Notes: generated by a model from the sequence alone, not told the origin. A DNA stretch of 64,000 bases from an uncultured Candidatus Saccharibacteria bacterium (GCA_964490365.1 CAZBAG010000002.1:73486-137485); one strand, 5' to 3'; numbered from the stretch's first letter, positions 1 through 10,078 are shown. Numbers and translations are program-made.

Positions 1-720
1 GAAATATCTTCTACGGAGCTTATAGAGGGTATTAAAGCGGTTTCATATAGTTCGTCTGTTTCAGATATTAAACCAGAAATATCAAGCGTGTTTATGTATA
101 CACACGAAGACTCCGTATATTTTGTTGCGACAGACTCCTTTAGACTTGCTGAAAAAGCTCTTAAAAATAGAAAAGAAGCTGATATTTCAACATTACTAAT
201 CCCTTATAAGAATATTATCGAGATAGTAAAAGTACTTACAGGAATAACAAGCGATGTAAAAGTTATTTATAATAAAAATCAAATATCTTTTAATGCTCCT
301 GGTCTATTTCTTACTTCTCGACTTATCGACGGTGTATTTCCTGATTATCGCCAAATTATTCCTAAAGAATATGAAACAAACGTTATTGTGCTTAAAAATG
401 ATCTACAAAATGCACTTAAACTGTCTCATATCTTCTCAGACAAGTTTAATCAAATAACAATATCTATTAAACCAAGTGAAAAAAGCTTTGAAATATATTC
501 GGAAAATAAAGATGTGGGAGAAAATAAGACAAAATTAGAAGGATCTCTGAAAGGAAAAGATGTTCAGATGAATATAAACCTAAAATATCTTCTTGATTGT
601 TTCCAATCAATTAACGATGACTCAGTAACACTTAATTTTAATGGATCAAATAGGCCACTTATTGTAAAAGGGAACAGTGATCGAAGTTTCCAATATTTAA
701 TAATGCCGATGAATCGTTAA
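1..720 (+). CDS. dnaN: DNA polymerase III beta sliding clamp, C-terminal part (5' end lies upstream of the window)
   Basis: Frame 1 is open from base 1 and continues into the ORF at 88..720. The translation (PEISSVF...LIMPMNR) is typical of beta clamp domains II-III. In bacteria dnaN usually follows dnaA. Confidence 0.8.
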   Translation, partial: EISSTELIEGIKAVSYSSSVSDIKPEISSVFMYTHEDSVYFVATDSFRLAEKALKNRKEADISTLLIPYKNIIEIVKVLTGITSDVKVIYNKNQISFNAPGLFLTSRLIDGVFPDYRQIIPKEYETNVIVLKNDLQNALKLSHIFSDKFNQITISIKPSEKSFEIYSENKDVGENKTKLEGSLKGKDVQMNINLKYLLDCFQSINDDSVTLNFNGSNRPLIVKGNSDRSFQYLIMPMNR

Positions 721-722
721 AT

Positions 723-980
723 ATGTTAAATCTACAAGATTTATTAATACACACTAAAAATACTCTCTTTAAAGATTCGTCAGAAAAAGACATTATTGTT
801 TCAGTTTTTAAAAAAATTATAGATATAACCTTAGCACGAGAAGATATTTCTACTAAAAGAGATATTCTTTATATAAAATCTAATGCATATATAAAATCAG
901 AGATACAACTCAATAAAACTGCTCTTTTACGGGAGATTCATAAACAAAAAATTGGAAAAGTTATTAATGACATACAATAA
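723..980 (+). CDS. small hypothetical protein downstream of dnaN (possibly a DUF721/DciA-like companion)
   Basis: 85-aa ORF that starts 3 nt after the dnaN stop and is followed by a hairpin terminator. No recognisable motif, so any family assignment is a guess. Confidence 0.35.
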   Translation: MLNLQDLLIHTKNTLFKDSSEKDIIVSVFKKIIDITLAREDISTKRDILYIKSNAYIKSEIQLNKTALLREIHKQKIGKVINDIQ

Positions 981-1004
981 AACCCTCACACTGTGAGGGT
1001 TTTA
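981..1004. terminator. bidirectional rho-independent terminator hairpin
   Basis: aaccctcacactgtgagggtttt is a perfect stem with flanking A/T runs. It sits between the convergent genes ending at 980 (+) and 1011 (-). Confidence 0.6.
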
Positions 1005-1010
1005 TTGTAT

Positions 1011-3569
1011 TTACATATCGACTGAGAAGGTTACACTTGCTTCTTTTTTGTTGAATGCCTTATCTCGAATAATAACCCTTAACTCATTTACCGACTGGAT
1101 ATTATCTACTGAAGATGGTACGAACGAGAAGTTAAATGGTGTGTTCTTTGTGTTTCCTAAATAGGTGTTATTTACAAAGATATCGAATGAATCAACCGGA
1201 GAATCTGTTTTATAGTCTAGTTTAATAGCTATCGGTTCGTCTGGTTGATAAAGGTCAGTGTTATTTGGATACTCAATGTCTAGTTTTGGCTGGCTTGTTT
1301 CTGTGTGAACATTATCGTATCCATTTGGTAGATCAGCTTTTGTGATAATGTCGTAGTTTTTCTTATTACTATTCCACCAATTCTGTACACTGTATTCCCA
1401 GTTCTCGTACTGTCTTCCTCCTGGGACTGCTGGATTTGGTCCTGTTGGGTTTAATCTGTCGATCCAGTGAAGTTCGTTGTGCACATTTGTTATGGTCATT
1501 TCTTTGAGCGTTTCCTCTGGGGTAAATTCCGTTGCAAGTTTTCCTGAAACAGAGTCAATGAGGACACTTTCTCCTCCAAGCCAGTTTCCTCGAAGGAGTG
1601 GCTTTAATTCAAGAGACTCATTGATGAACGGTGGGGTAAATGATTCTCTTGATACTTTTGTAAGGGCGAAATCCATAAACTCTCTCCATAGTCTTCCTGA
1701 AATAGCAGAACCTTTTTTCATTGGTGTATTGTCGTTGTTTCCAGACCACACCCCAACAACAAGATTTGGTGTATATCCCATCATCCATGCGTCTTTGTTG
1801 TTGTTGGTTGTTCCTGTTTTACCAGCAACATCTCGTTCTCCGAAGTTTAAGAATGAGTTAACTCCAAAAAGGGGAGTTCGCGCTTCATTATCTTTTAGCA
1901 TATCAGAAATAATACGAGCAGAGTTTGCATCAACAACCGTTTGACCACGAGATTCTTTATACTCTTCAAGTACGTTTCCATTAGCATCTTCTACGCGTAA
2001 TATCGATACTGGTTCATGGTGTACTCCTTCGGTCGCAAAGACACTATATGCCGATGTCATGTCAAGAAGTGTTACTTCGCCACCTCCAAGCACGAGTGTT
2101 AATCCATATTGGTTTGCGTCGGCAAGAGTCTTGATACCCATATTCTTAGCTGTTTTTAGAGAATCAGCAATTGTTGTTAAGTAGAGAAGTTTTACCGCAG
2201 GAACGTTTCGTGATTCTCCCAACGCTTGGCGTAGTGTTACAGGGCCCTTATATATATCATCATAGTTTTGTGGTTTATAACAATCAGCCTGACTACCACT
2301 TGTTGCATTTCCTTGAGGACTACATGTTGTCTGGAATTCAGTAGGAGTATCAAACAATACTGAGTTTGGTGTAAAGCCTTTCATCATCGCGGTGACATAA
2401 ATAAATGGCTTAAACGATGAACCTGGCTGTCGTTTTGCGGTTGCAATGTTGAACTTACCATCAATTTCTTCGTCGAAGTAATTTCGTGATCCAACCATGG
2501 TTAAGATTTCACCGGTTTCTGGATTTATGGCAACAAGTCCTGCATTTGAAGCGTTGTATAACTCTTCATTTTCTTTTGCGTGCTTATAAACCACTTGTTC
2601 AGCTTTTTGTTGAAGATCGTAATCAAGTGTTGTCACTACTTTAAGCCCACCCGACTCAACAACATCAGCGCCATATTTTTGTTCAAGGTATTCTCGAACG
2701 TAAAATACAAAGTGCGGAGCTTTAATGCTAAATCTACTTTGTGGTAGGAACTCAACAACTTCTTCTTTCGCTGCCGTATATTCTTCTTCAGTGATTCGAC
2801 CTTGTTTTAGCATCTCAGAAAGCACTAAGTTTTTTCGTGCGTTGAGTGCTTCTTTGTTTTTTCCATAGGGAGAATAATAAGTTGGCGCTTTTGGGATAGC
2901 AGCAAGATAGGCTGCCTCAGCAATTGTTATATCAACAGGATTTTTACTAAAGAAGTAGTTCGATGCTTCTTTAACGCCATAAATGTTGCCCCCATAAGGA
3001 ATTTCGTTTAGATAGGTTGCCAAAATAGCGTCTTTTGGCATTTCTTTTTCTAGTTTCAACGCCAAAAACCACTCTTTAAGTTTTCGTGAAATTCTCTTTT
3101 CGTTGGTAAGTAGAGAGTTTTTTACCACTTGTTGAGTAATCGTTGACCCTCCTTGAGAGAAGCTTCCAGATTTTAGGTTGGCAACAATAGCTCGAATAAA
3201 TGCCCGTGGCTGAACACCTTTGTGTTGATAAAAATCTTTATCTTCAATAGCAAGTGTTGCGTCTTTAATCGAGTCGCCCATTTCTTCAAAAGGAATAACT
3301 GTTCTTTTTACATCTTGGTGAATATCAAACAAAATTTCTTCCCCAGTTCGATCATAGATTTTTGTTGATCGTGCCACGCGTCGTTCGTCAAAAGAGGTAA
3401 AGTCTGGAACTCGGAGTGTTGCTACCCAAAGAATAGCTACTGCTCCCGCAAATACTCCAAACAAAACAAAGAGCAACCCTGCATTCACCACGTGATGCTT
3501 GTGTTTTTTAAGGTTAATCGACCGTATATTCCGTAGGTTTTTGAGCTTGTGTTTTAGTTTTTTAATCAT
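1011..3569 (-). CDS. class A penicillin-binding protein (bifunctional glycosyltransferase/transpeptidase, PBP1A-like)
   Basis: 852 aa. N-terminal membrane anchor, GT51 motifs (EDKDFYQHKGV, GGSTITQQ), and transpeptidase motifs SSFKP (SxxK), SRN and KTGTT. Confidence 0.85.
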   Translation of the reverse strand: MIKKLKHKLKNLRNIRSINLKKHKHHVVNAGLLFVLFGVFAGAVAILWVATLRVPDFTSFDERRVARSTKIYDRTGEEILFDIHQDVKRTVIPFEEMGDSIKDATLAIEDKDFYQHKGVQPRAFIRAIVANLKSGSFSQGGSTITQQVVKNSLLTNEKRISRKLKEWFLALKLEKEMPKDAILATYLNEIPYGGNIYGVKEASNYFFSKNPVDITIAEAAYLAAIPKAPTYYSPYGKNKEALNARKNLVLSEMLKQGRITEEEYTAAKEEVVEFLPQSRFSIKAPHFVFYVREYLEQKYGADVVESGGLKVVTTLDYDLQQKAEQVVYKHAKENEELYNASNAGLVAINPETGEILTMVGSRNYFDEEIDGKFNIATAKRQPGSSFKPFIYVTAMMKGFTPNSVLFDTPTEFQTTCSPQGNATSGSQADCYKPQNYDDIYKGPVTLRQALGESRNVPAVKLLYLTTIADSLKTAKNMGIKTLADANQYGLTLVLGGGEVTLLDMTSAYSVFATEGVHHEPVSILRVEDANGNVLEEYKESRGQTVVDANSARIISDMLKDNEARTPLFGVNSFLNFGERDVAGKTGTTNNNKDAWMMGYTPNLVVGVWSGNNDNTPMKKGSAISGRLWREFMDFALTKVSRESFTPPFINESLELKPLLRGNWLGGESVLIDSVSGKLATEFTPEETLKEMTITNVHNELHWIDRLNPTGPNPAVPGGRQYENWEYSVQNWWNSNKKNYDIITKADLPNGYDNVHTETSQPKLDIEYPNNTDLYQPDEPIAIKLDYKTDSPVDSFDIFVNNTYLGNTKNTPFNFSFVPSSVDNIQSVNELRVIIRDKAFNKKEASVTFSVDM

Positions 3570-3714
3570 GAAATAGAAAATTACCTCCTTAGTAAATCCT
3601 TAATCAAATACTAGCAATAAAAAGGCTTTTTGCCATCTTTTACGAAGACGAAAAAGTGGAAAATATATTACCCAGATACAAGGATTTTGCAACAATTTAC
3701 CAGAGTGTCTTAAA

Positions 3715-4929
3715 GTGATAAAATCACACTATATGGCAAACATAATAACTGACAGTAAAAAAATCGAAGAACTTCTAACTCGAGGTGTTGAAGAGGTTAT
3801 CGACCATGAAAATCTTAAGAAAAAGCTCATGAGCGGTAAACAACTTCGTATTAAGCTTGGTATTGATCCAACAAGTCCAAATATCCACCTAGGACGATCT
3901 ATTCCACTTCTTAAGCTTCGAGACTTTCAAAACCTTGGCCACAAAATTGTGTTTATTGCTGGTGATTTTACGGGAGTTATTGGTGATACGTCAGATAAAG
4001 ATTCAGAACGACCAATGTTGACTGATAAAATTATTAAAGAAAACTTAAAAAACTACAAAAAACAAGTTGGTAAAATTATTAACTTACAAAAATGCGAATT
4101 CCATCAAAACAGTAGTTGGCTTAAAAAACTTAAGTATAAAGATATTAGCACTCATGCAAATATCTTTTCAATAAATCAGTTTATTTCTCGCGATAATATT
4201 AATAAACGATTAAAAGAGGGGAAACGAGTTTCTCTTAGAGAAGTTCTGTATCCTTTGATGCAAGGTTATGACTCAGTTGCAATTAAAGCCGATGTAGAGC
4301 TTGGTGGTACTGATCAAAAATTTAATCTTCTTGCTGGGCGTGATATGCAACGAGAATTTAATCAAAACCCACAAGATGTTGTTATGACAAAGATTATCAA
4401 CGGTCTTGATGGGCGAAAAATGAGTTCAAGTTGGGGTAATACCATTAATTTTCTCGATGATGCAAATAATATGTTCGGGAAAATAATGTCGATGTCTGAT
4501 GGATTAATTGTGGAATATTTTGACCTTCTGACACGTGTTCCTCTTGAAAAAGTTTCTGAAGTGAAAAAGCGTTTAGAAAAAGGAGAGAATCCAAAAAATC
4601 TAAAAATAGAACTTGCACTTGAAATTGTTGCAATGTACACATCGAAGAAAGAAGCAGAAAAAGCAAGAGAAAACTGGGAAAACACGTTCTCTAAAAAAGA
4701 AGCACCAGAAAATATTCAGCAGATTAAAGTTTCTTCTGGGACAAAATTAAGCGACGTGTTGGTGAAAAATAATCTACTTCCTTCAAATAGTGAATTTAAC
4801 CGAAGACTTTCCGGTTCAGCTCTAAAAAATATGCAGACAGAAGAAGTATTGCAAAAAAATATTGAAGTTAAGGAAGACATGGTTCTCAAGTATGGTAAAA
4901 AAGATTTTGTGAAAATTATTGTTGGATAA
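3715..4929 (+). CDS. tyrS: tyrosyl-tRNA synthetase
   Basis: Class I HIGH region (GIDPTSPNIHLG...FQNLGHKIVFIAGDFTGVIGD), KMSKS-like KMSSS, and a C-terminal S4-like domain. An alternative start is possible at 3736. Confidence 0.8.
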   Translation: MIKSHYMANIITDSKKIEELLTRGVEEVIDHENLKKKLMSGKQLRIKLGIDPTSPNIHLGRSIPLLKLRDFQNLGHKIVFIAGDFTGVIGDTSDKDSERPMLTDKIIKENLKNYKKQVGKIINLQKCEFHQNSSWLKKLKYKDISTHANIFSINQFISRDNINKRLKEGKRVSLREVLYPLMQGYDSVAIKADVELGGTDQKFNLLAGRDMQREFNQNPQDVVMTKIINGLDGRKMSSSWGNTINFLDDANNMFGKIMSMSDGLIVEYFDLLTRVPLEKVSEVKKRLEKGENPKNLKIELALEIVAMYTSKKEAEKARENWENTFSKKEAPENIQQIKVSSGTKLSDVLVKNNLLPSNSEFNRRLSGSALKNMQTEEVLQKNIEVKEDMVLKYGKKDFVKIIVG

Positions 4930-5458
4930 TAGATGAAGGCCGGCACGCTTGCGTGCCGGCCCTTTTCTTTTTATTCTTCTTGAGCCATTTTGCAACAGCC
5001 TCAACTCCATTCTGCCAGGAACCGTATACTTTCATTTTGCCGTTGTAGGTTCCAACGTTCCCTGGATTCTTCGATCGTGCCCCTTTGCCCTTTGTTCCAA
5101 AACCAGAATCTTGTTGCATGATTGCAAGAAGAAGGTGAACACTTACTCCATGCTTAATTGCTGAGTTGGTCACCATTTTCCCAGTCAATGGGCTTTTAGG
5201 AAATCTTTTGCGGATGTATGTCTCAACATCCTGAGAAGATCTCATGCGAGGCATCTTTTGTAGGATTTTGTAAACCCTACTCTCATGACTCTTAGCCGTT
5301 GCGTAGTCTGTAATGTCGTAGTTCTTAAAAGAAGAAAGGGGTGACTCAAAAGCAGGATCCGTTTTTTCCACGGCTCGTCTCTGTAATCGGGCATGGATCA
5401 AGTAGAAAACGAGAACAGCAAGTACTATAAAAAGCCAAAACATTTTCTTATTTGCCAT
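4916..5458 (-). CDS. membrane-anchored peptidoglycan hydrolase-like protein (glucosaminidase/FlgJ-like motif)
   Basis: N-terminal transmembrane helix. AIMQQDSGFGTKGKGARSKNPGNVG parallels the GH73 glucosaminidase motif AxxLESGWG...NNLFGIK, with Asp in place of Glu. The 3' end runs through the terminator hairpin, so the true stop may be earlier. Confidence 0.3.
   Translation of the reverse strand: MANKKMFWLFIVLAVLVFYLIHARLQRRAVEKTDPAFESPLSSFKNYDITDYATAKSHESRVYKILQKMPRMRSSQDVETYIRKRFPKSPLTGKMVTNSAIKHGVSVHLLLAIMQQDSGFGTKGKGARSKNPGNVGTYNGKMKVYGSWQNGVEAVAKWLKKNKKKRAGTQACRPSSIIQQ
4938..4975. terminator. bidirectional terminator
   Basis: ggccggcacg/cgtgccggcc 10-bp GC stem followed by a T tract, located between tyrS (+) and the - strand gene ending at 4916. 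Confidence 0.6.
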
Positions 5459-5525
5459 GTTGTGTGTGTTGGTTGGTAAGAACCTTCTTGATTAAAATAG
5501 CATAAAAATATACTTTTGTCAAATA

Positions 5526-5554
5526 AAAAACCATGCAGGGATTGCATGGTTTTC
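5526..5554 (-). terminator. hairpin terminator downstream of the acidic small gene
   Basis: accatgcaggga/ttgcatggt stem with flanking A/T runs. Confidence 0.45.
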
Positions 5555-5558
5555 ATTA

Positions 5559-5774
5559 TTAATTCCATTCGTCTGGGTTATATCCTCCACCACTACCACC
5601 ATATTCATCATCTTCAGCAAGATCGTCATCATCAAGACCAAGTTCATCATCTTCAGTAAGATCGTCATCATCAAGACCAAGTTCATCATCGTCGCTCATG
5701 TCGTCGTCAGTCATTGCATCGTCATTTAGCTCGCTTGTAAACAAATCATCTGAAAGTAAATCGTCTTGTCCCAT
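5559..5774 (-). CDS. highly acidic small protein with tandem repeat (Asp/Glu/Leu rich)
   Basis: 71 aa, about 45% Asp/Glu. Contains two tandem 39-nt units that encode DDELGLDDDDL(T/A)ED. It has its own terminator. A DNA-mimic or chaperone-like role is only inferred. Confidence 0.45.
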   Translation of the reverse strand: MGQDDLLSDDLFTSELNDDAMTDDDMSDDDELGLDDDDLTEDDELGLDDDDLAEDDEYGGSGGGYNPDEWN

Positions 5775-5861
5775 GTTCTTTAAAAATTGATTATGATAAT
5801 TAGGATATTTTTATCAGAAACATTTTTTTTTGGCAATACCCTAGTGTTGCTTGTGTGGAAA

Positions 5862-6341
5862 CTAGAATCGCTCGTATGCAAAACAAGTAATCCCAATAGC
5901 AATCGCATCTATTTCATCATCTTGTTTTTTCTCTTTTGGAATATCTACAAGCCTGTGAACCATAGTATGAATTGCATCTTTGGTTGCTTTGCCGTATCCA
6001 GTCACAGCACTCTTAATTTGAAGTGGTGTATATTCAAAAATAGCTAAACCATGCACGTGCGCAACATATAAAATTGCCCCTCGTGCCTCTGCAACACCCA
6101 TCGCGGTTTTTTGATTGTTTTCAAAATAGAGTTTCTCTATAGCAAGTGTTTCAGGAGAAAATTCAGTGACTATTTTTTCTAGTTCTTGCCCAATAAGAAA
6201 TATTCTCTCATGGAGTGGCAACTTCGGCGAAGTTTTAAAGCACGTCGAATAGAGTAGTTTCTCACGTCTGTCACCGGGATTCTTTTCGAGAACCGCAATA
6301 CCAACTCGTTCATATCCTGGATCAATACCAAGTAGTTTCAT
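5862..6341 (-). CDS. ruvC: crossover junction endodeoxyribonuclease RuvC
   Basis: MKLLGIDPGYERVGIAV start and RNase H-like fold motifs. Conserved ruvC-yebC-ruvB order. Confidence 0.85.
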   Translation of the reverse strand: MKLLGIDPGYERVGIAVLEKNPGDRREKLLYSTCFKTSPKLPLHERIFLIGQELEKIVTEFSPETLAIEKLYFENNQKTAMGVAEARGAILYVAHVHGLAIFEYTPLQIKSAVTGYGKATKDAIHTMVHRLVDIPKEKKQDDEIDAIAIGITCFAYERF

Positions 6342-6346
6342 AATAG

Positions 6347-6868
6347 TTATAGAGCGTTTGTGTACACGTCTTGCACGTCGTCGCTTGCCTCAAGTGCCTC
6401 AATGATTGTATTGAGTTTTTCAAGATCTTCACCATGTACTTCAAGTGTTGTATTTGGCATCCATTCTCCCTCAGGATTTTTTGTGAAATTCCAAGCCACA
6501 GAACCTTTACTACCGAGACTCGCATCGTTTTTCGAAAGAATATGTTTAATCTCTTGGTTGGTTCGATTGTTGTTGTCGGTAAGAGCGGTAATGATAATAC
6601 CAATACCTCCTGGTCCATATGCCTCGAAGAGCACCGGCTCGAGGTTTACGTTGCTTTCAGAAGCCTTTTTAATTGCTCGTTCAATGTTGTCGCTCGGCAT
6701 ATTTTCCTTCTTTGCTTTTTCAATGGCCGCCTTAAGACCAGGGGAGCTCGTATTTCCTCCAGCCTTTTTTGATTCCATTTGAATAAGTTTTACAAGGTTA
6801 GAAAATACCTTCGATTTCTTAACGTTGTTGTCAGCGATTTTTCCTTGTTTTTTGTGTGATGATCCCAT
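6347..6868 (-). CDS. YebC/PmpR family DNA-binding regulator (short form)
   Basis: KVFSNLVKLI...GGNTSSPGLKAAIEKAKKENMP matches the YebC N-terminal region. Lies between ruvC and ruvB as in many bacteria. Confidence 0.7.
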   Translation of the reverse strand: MGSSHKKQGKIADNNVKKSKVFSNLVKLIQMESKKAGGNTSSPGLKAAIEKAKKENMPSDNIERAIKKASESNVNLEPVLFEAYGPGGIGIIITALTDNNNRTNQEIKHILSKNDASLGSKGSVAWNFTKNPEGEWMPNTTLEVHGEDLEKLNTIIEALEASDDVQDVYTNAL

Positions 6869-6869
6869 G

Positions 6870-7862
6870 TTATTTTTGTATGCCTAAATGTGTATATGCT
6901 TTTTCTGTTGCAGTGCGTCCACGCGGTGTTCGTTCAAGAAGTCCAAGCTGGATAAGATATGGCTCGATCACTTCTTCAATAGTTGCTTCTTCTTCAGAGG
7001 TCGCCGCCGCTAGTGTGCCGAGCCCAACAGGTCCGCCATTAAATTTTTCTATAATTGTTTTGAGTACCAGTCTGTCTGACTCAAAGAGTCCGAGAACATC
7101 AACCCCTAACAGCTCAAGTGCTTTTTGTACATTTTCTTTGGTAAGGTTTTCTTTGTGTACTTGGGCGTAGTCTCGTGCGCGTTTCAAAAAGTAGTTTGCT
7201 GTTCGTGGTGTATACCGAGCTCGCTTGGCTATTTCTTCTACTGCGCCGGAATCTATCGTTGTTCCAAGTATGTCGCCAGCTCGCTTTACGATTTTTTTCA
7301 TTTCATCTTCTGTGTAAAATTCAAGTCGATGTACTCCGCCAGAAAATCGAGAACGTAATGGAGAAGAGATAAGCGCTGGTCTTGTGGTGGCAGCAATAAG
7401 CGTAAATGCTGGAAGATCTAGTTGGATGGTTCGGGCAGAAGGTCCTTTTCCAATGATGATATCGAGCACACCAGATTCCATAGCAGGGTAGAGAACCTCT
7501 TCAACCATTTTGTTGAGTCGGTGTATCTCGTCGATAAAAAGAATATCACCGGATGAAAGATTGGTAAGCACCGATGCAAGATCGCCAACCTTTTCGATAG
7601 CCGGACCTGACGTGATTTTCATTTGTTTGCCAGACTCTTTGGCAATCAGGTGTGCGAGTGTTGTTTTTCCAAGACCTGGTGGGCCATGAAATAAAATATG
7701 TTCAGGAACATGACCTCGTTCTTCAGCGGCTTGGAGTAAAATTTTTAAATTCTTTTTTATTTTTTCTTGCCCAATATATTCGTCCCATGTATGAGGGCGA
7801 AGCGTATTATCCAAAAAGCTGTCACTCTTTAATTCTTGACTAAAAGGTGTATCACTTGACAT
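6870..7862 (-). CDS. ruvB: Holliday junction branch migration helicase RuvB
   Basis: Walker A GPPGLGKTT, AAA+ sensor motifs, and a C-terminal winged-helix domain. Confidence 0.9.
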   Translation of the reverse strand: MSSDTPFSQELKSDSFLDNTLRPHTWDEYIGQEKIKKNLKILLQAAEERGHVPEHILFHGPPGLGKTTLAHLIAKESGKQMKITSGPAIEKVGDLASVLTNLSSGDILFIDEIHRLNKMVEEVLYPAMESGVLDIIIGKGPSARTIQLDLPAFTLIAATTRPALISSPLRSRFSGGVHRLEFYTEDEMKKIVKRAGDILGTTIDSGAVEEIAKRARYTPRTANYFLKRARDYAQVHKENLTKENVQKALELLGVDVLGLFESDRLVLKTIIEKFNGGPVGLGTLAAATSEEEATIEEVIEPYLIQLGLLERTPRGRTATEKAYTHLGIQK

Positions 7863-8230
7863 ATTAGTTTATTTATGCTAGTCTTTAAGAGTAGTTAATT
7901 AAAGACATTGTAAATAGTATATCACTTTTTGTGATTTTTCGTTACAAGACAATGGTTTTTATGGGTAATTCCATGGAAATAGATTGTCTTTTCTTATGTC
8001 TTTAGAATAGTACTTTACAAGAATTTCACCCATGATATAGTGTGTATCCACTTTGATAAGGGTTTAGAAACCTCTAAGTAATCAGGCTCTGTCTCTATGA
8101 CTTTAATAAGGACGCAATGGTTACCGTTTCGGCGGAGTTACTGCGGCTATCCTTTGAGATTTCATTACTTTTCTTACTTTGTAAGAAAAAGGATTATTTG
8201 GAGGTTTGTGGATCTTTTCAAAGTAAAAAC

Positions 8231-8260
8231 AAAACCGCTCACATTGTGAGCGGTTTTGTT
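8231..8260 (-). terminator. terminator of pilB
   Basis: aaaaccgctcacattgtgagcggtttt is a perfect hairpin with flanking A/T. Confidence 0.6.
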
Positions 8261-9986
8261 ATACAGGTGCCTCGTTCTCTAATTTTATTTCTTCATAAAT
8301 ATCTACAGACTTCTTCACTTCTTCAATCGTGGTTACACCGATTACTGCTTTGATCAGTCCATCTTCTTTCATATCGAGTATTCCTTGCTTACTTGCGATT
8401 GATTTAATTTCGTCTTCACTTGGGTTTATGGGCATCGCATCAATGATCGCTTTATCAGAAAGAATTGCTTCAAAAATACCAATACGTCCTTTGTATCCGA
8501 TATTGTTGCATTTGTTGCAGCCAACCGCTTCCCATAGTTCAATTGCTTGATCTGCTTTCACACCATATGAAGCTAAATCTTTTCCAAGTGCTGCGGCAGA
8601 CTTCAATACTTTTTGAATAATTTCTTTTTCCTCCTGTGTTACATCTCGTTTCTTTTTACAGTGTGGGCATAATTTTCTTACGAGTCGTTGAGCAATCGAC
8701 AAAGAGAGGGCAGAGGCTAAGATCTTTGGGTTTACGCCGAGGTCGATAAGCCTCGGTACTGCTCCGGCAGCATTGTTCGTGTGAAGAGTTGAGAACACCA
8801 TGTGTCCAGTGAGCGATGACTCAACTGCAATCTTTGCTGTTTCACCATCTCGAATTTCTCCCACCATGATAACGTCTGGATCTTGTCGGAGCGCACTGCG
8901 TAACCCTTCGAGAAATCCGTACCCTTTTTTGTGATCTGTTTGAGTTTGGGTGATGCCTTCTAGGTGGTATTCAATAGGGTTTTCTATGGTTAGAATCTTA
9001 ATTTCAGCAGAATAGATTCTTTGTAAAAAGGTATATAAACTGGTTGTTTTTCCGCTTCCTGTTGGGCCGGTGATAATAATCAGTCCATTTGGTTTTGCGA
9101 TCTCTCGCTCGATGATGCTAAACAATTTTTTTTCAATACCGAGCTCTTCCATCGGCACCATAATCGACTGGGGGTTCAAAAGTCGCATCACAATACCTTC
9201 TCCATATGCTCCTGGTATCACCGATGTTCTCATCGACACCTCGTATTCATTTAACCAAATAGAAAAACGTCCATCTTGTGCTTGGTTCTTTGAAAGTTTT
9301 AATCCTGAAACTAATTTTATTCTTGAGTTGATAAGATTATATGTTTTTTCGTCGAGACGTAGTACTTCATGAAGGATTCCATCGAGACGTATTCGTACTT
9401 GCACGTGGTCTTCTTCTGGCTCAATGTGTACGTCAGATGCTTTCAGTGCAATCGCTCCAGCAAAAATTACTTCAATAATTTTAGAAATCTTATGAGTTGA
9501 TGTTGTGTCGGTGATTGTTTGAACTTGCTCTTCAATATCTTCAAGTTTTTTAATTTTTTCTGCAGTCTTTAAAAGTGTTTCTCCAGAAATACTCAAACTT
9601 CCTGCCTTTAATTTCTCAGCCTGCGACACTTCTTGATATCTGTCCCATACTTTCTCAAGACTTTTTTTTGAAGCCATGAAATAAATAACTTTGTAACCCT
9701 TACGTTCAAGTGTTTTTTTAAGATTCAACACTTCCATGCGTTCTGGGGCGTGCACGGCAATCAAAACCTTTTTTCCTGCAATATTAAAGGGTGCAACCTC
9801 AATTTCTCGTGCTTCGTCTTCAGAAACCGTCTTTAAGGCGTCGTTTTCGATAACCACTTTTGTGAGATCGATATAGGGAACATGGTATTTTGTGGTGGCG
9901 AGCGTTTTTGCCAAATCCTCCTCTTCGGTTATTCGAAGAAGATCGATCTGTTTTTGTTGTTTATCTTCATTAAATAGCACGTTCAT
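8259..9986 (-). CDS. pilB: type IV pilus / type II secretion assembly ATPase (PilB/GspE family)
   Basis: 575 aa. N-terminal GSPII_E N domain, Walker A GPTGSGKTT, Asp box, His box, and a tetracysteine zinc motif CPHC...CNKC. Confidence 0.85.
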   Translation of the reverse strand: MNVLFNEDKQQKQIDLLRITEEEDLAKTLATTKYHVPYIDLTKVVIENDALKTVSEDEAREIEVAPFNIAGKKVLIAVHAPERMEVLNLKKTLERKGYKVIYFMASKKSLEKVWDRYQEVSQAEKLKAGSLSISGETLLKTAEKIKKLEDIEEQVQTITDTTSTHKISKIIEVIFAGAIALKASDVHIEPEEDHVQVRIRLDGILHEVLRLDEKTYNLINSRIKLVSGLKLSKNQAQDGRFSIWLNEYEVSMRTSVIPGAYGEGIVMRLLNPQSIMVPMEELGIEKKLFSIIEREIAKPNGLIIITGPTGSGKTTSLYTFLQRIYSAEIKILTIENPIEYHLEGITQTQTDHKKGYGFLEGLRSALRQDPDVIMVGEIRDGETAKIAVESSLTGHMVFSTLHTNNAAGAVPRLIDLGVNPKILASALSLSIAQRLVRKLCPHCKKKRDVTQEEKEIIQKVLKSAAALGKDLASYGVKADQAIELWEAVGCNKCNNIGYKGRIGIFEAILSDKAIIDAMPINPSEDEIKSIASKQGILDMKEDGLIKAVIGVTTIEEVKKSVDIYEEIKLENEAPV

Positions 9987-10078
9987 ACTGGGTTAAGTAT
10001 ACTCCATAGGTCAAGAAATACCATATTTTATAAGGGGAAAATCGTTTATGTGGGCTCTGGGAGGGTTAGGTAAAGTAC

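Noticed and set aside
1477-1944. 155-aa + strand ORF inside the PBP1A gene
   Set aside because: It is antisense to a strongly supported gene with clear PBP motifs and has no motifs of its own.
3570-3714. T-box riboswitch upstream of tyrS
   Set aside because: I could not find the conserved T-box sequence (AATTAGGGTGGNACCGCG) or a specifier/antiterminator arrangement. The leader is only about 145 nt.
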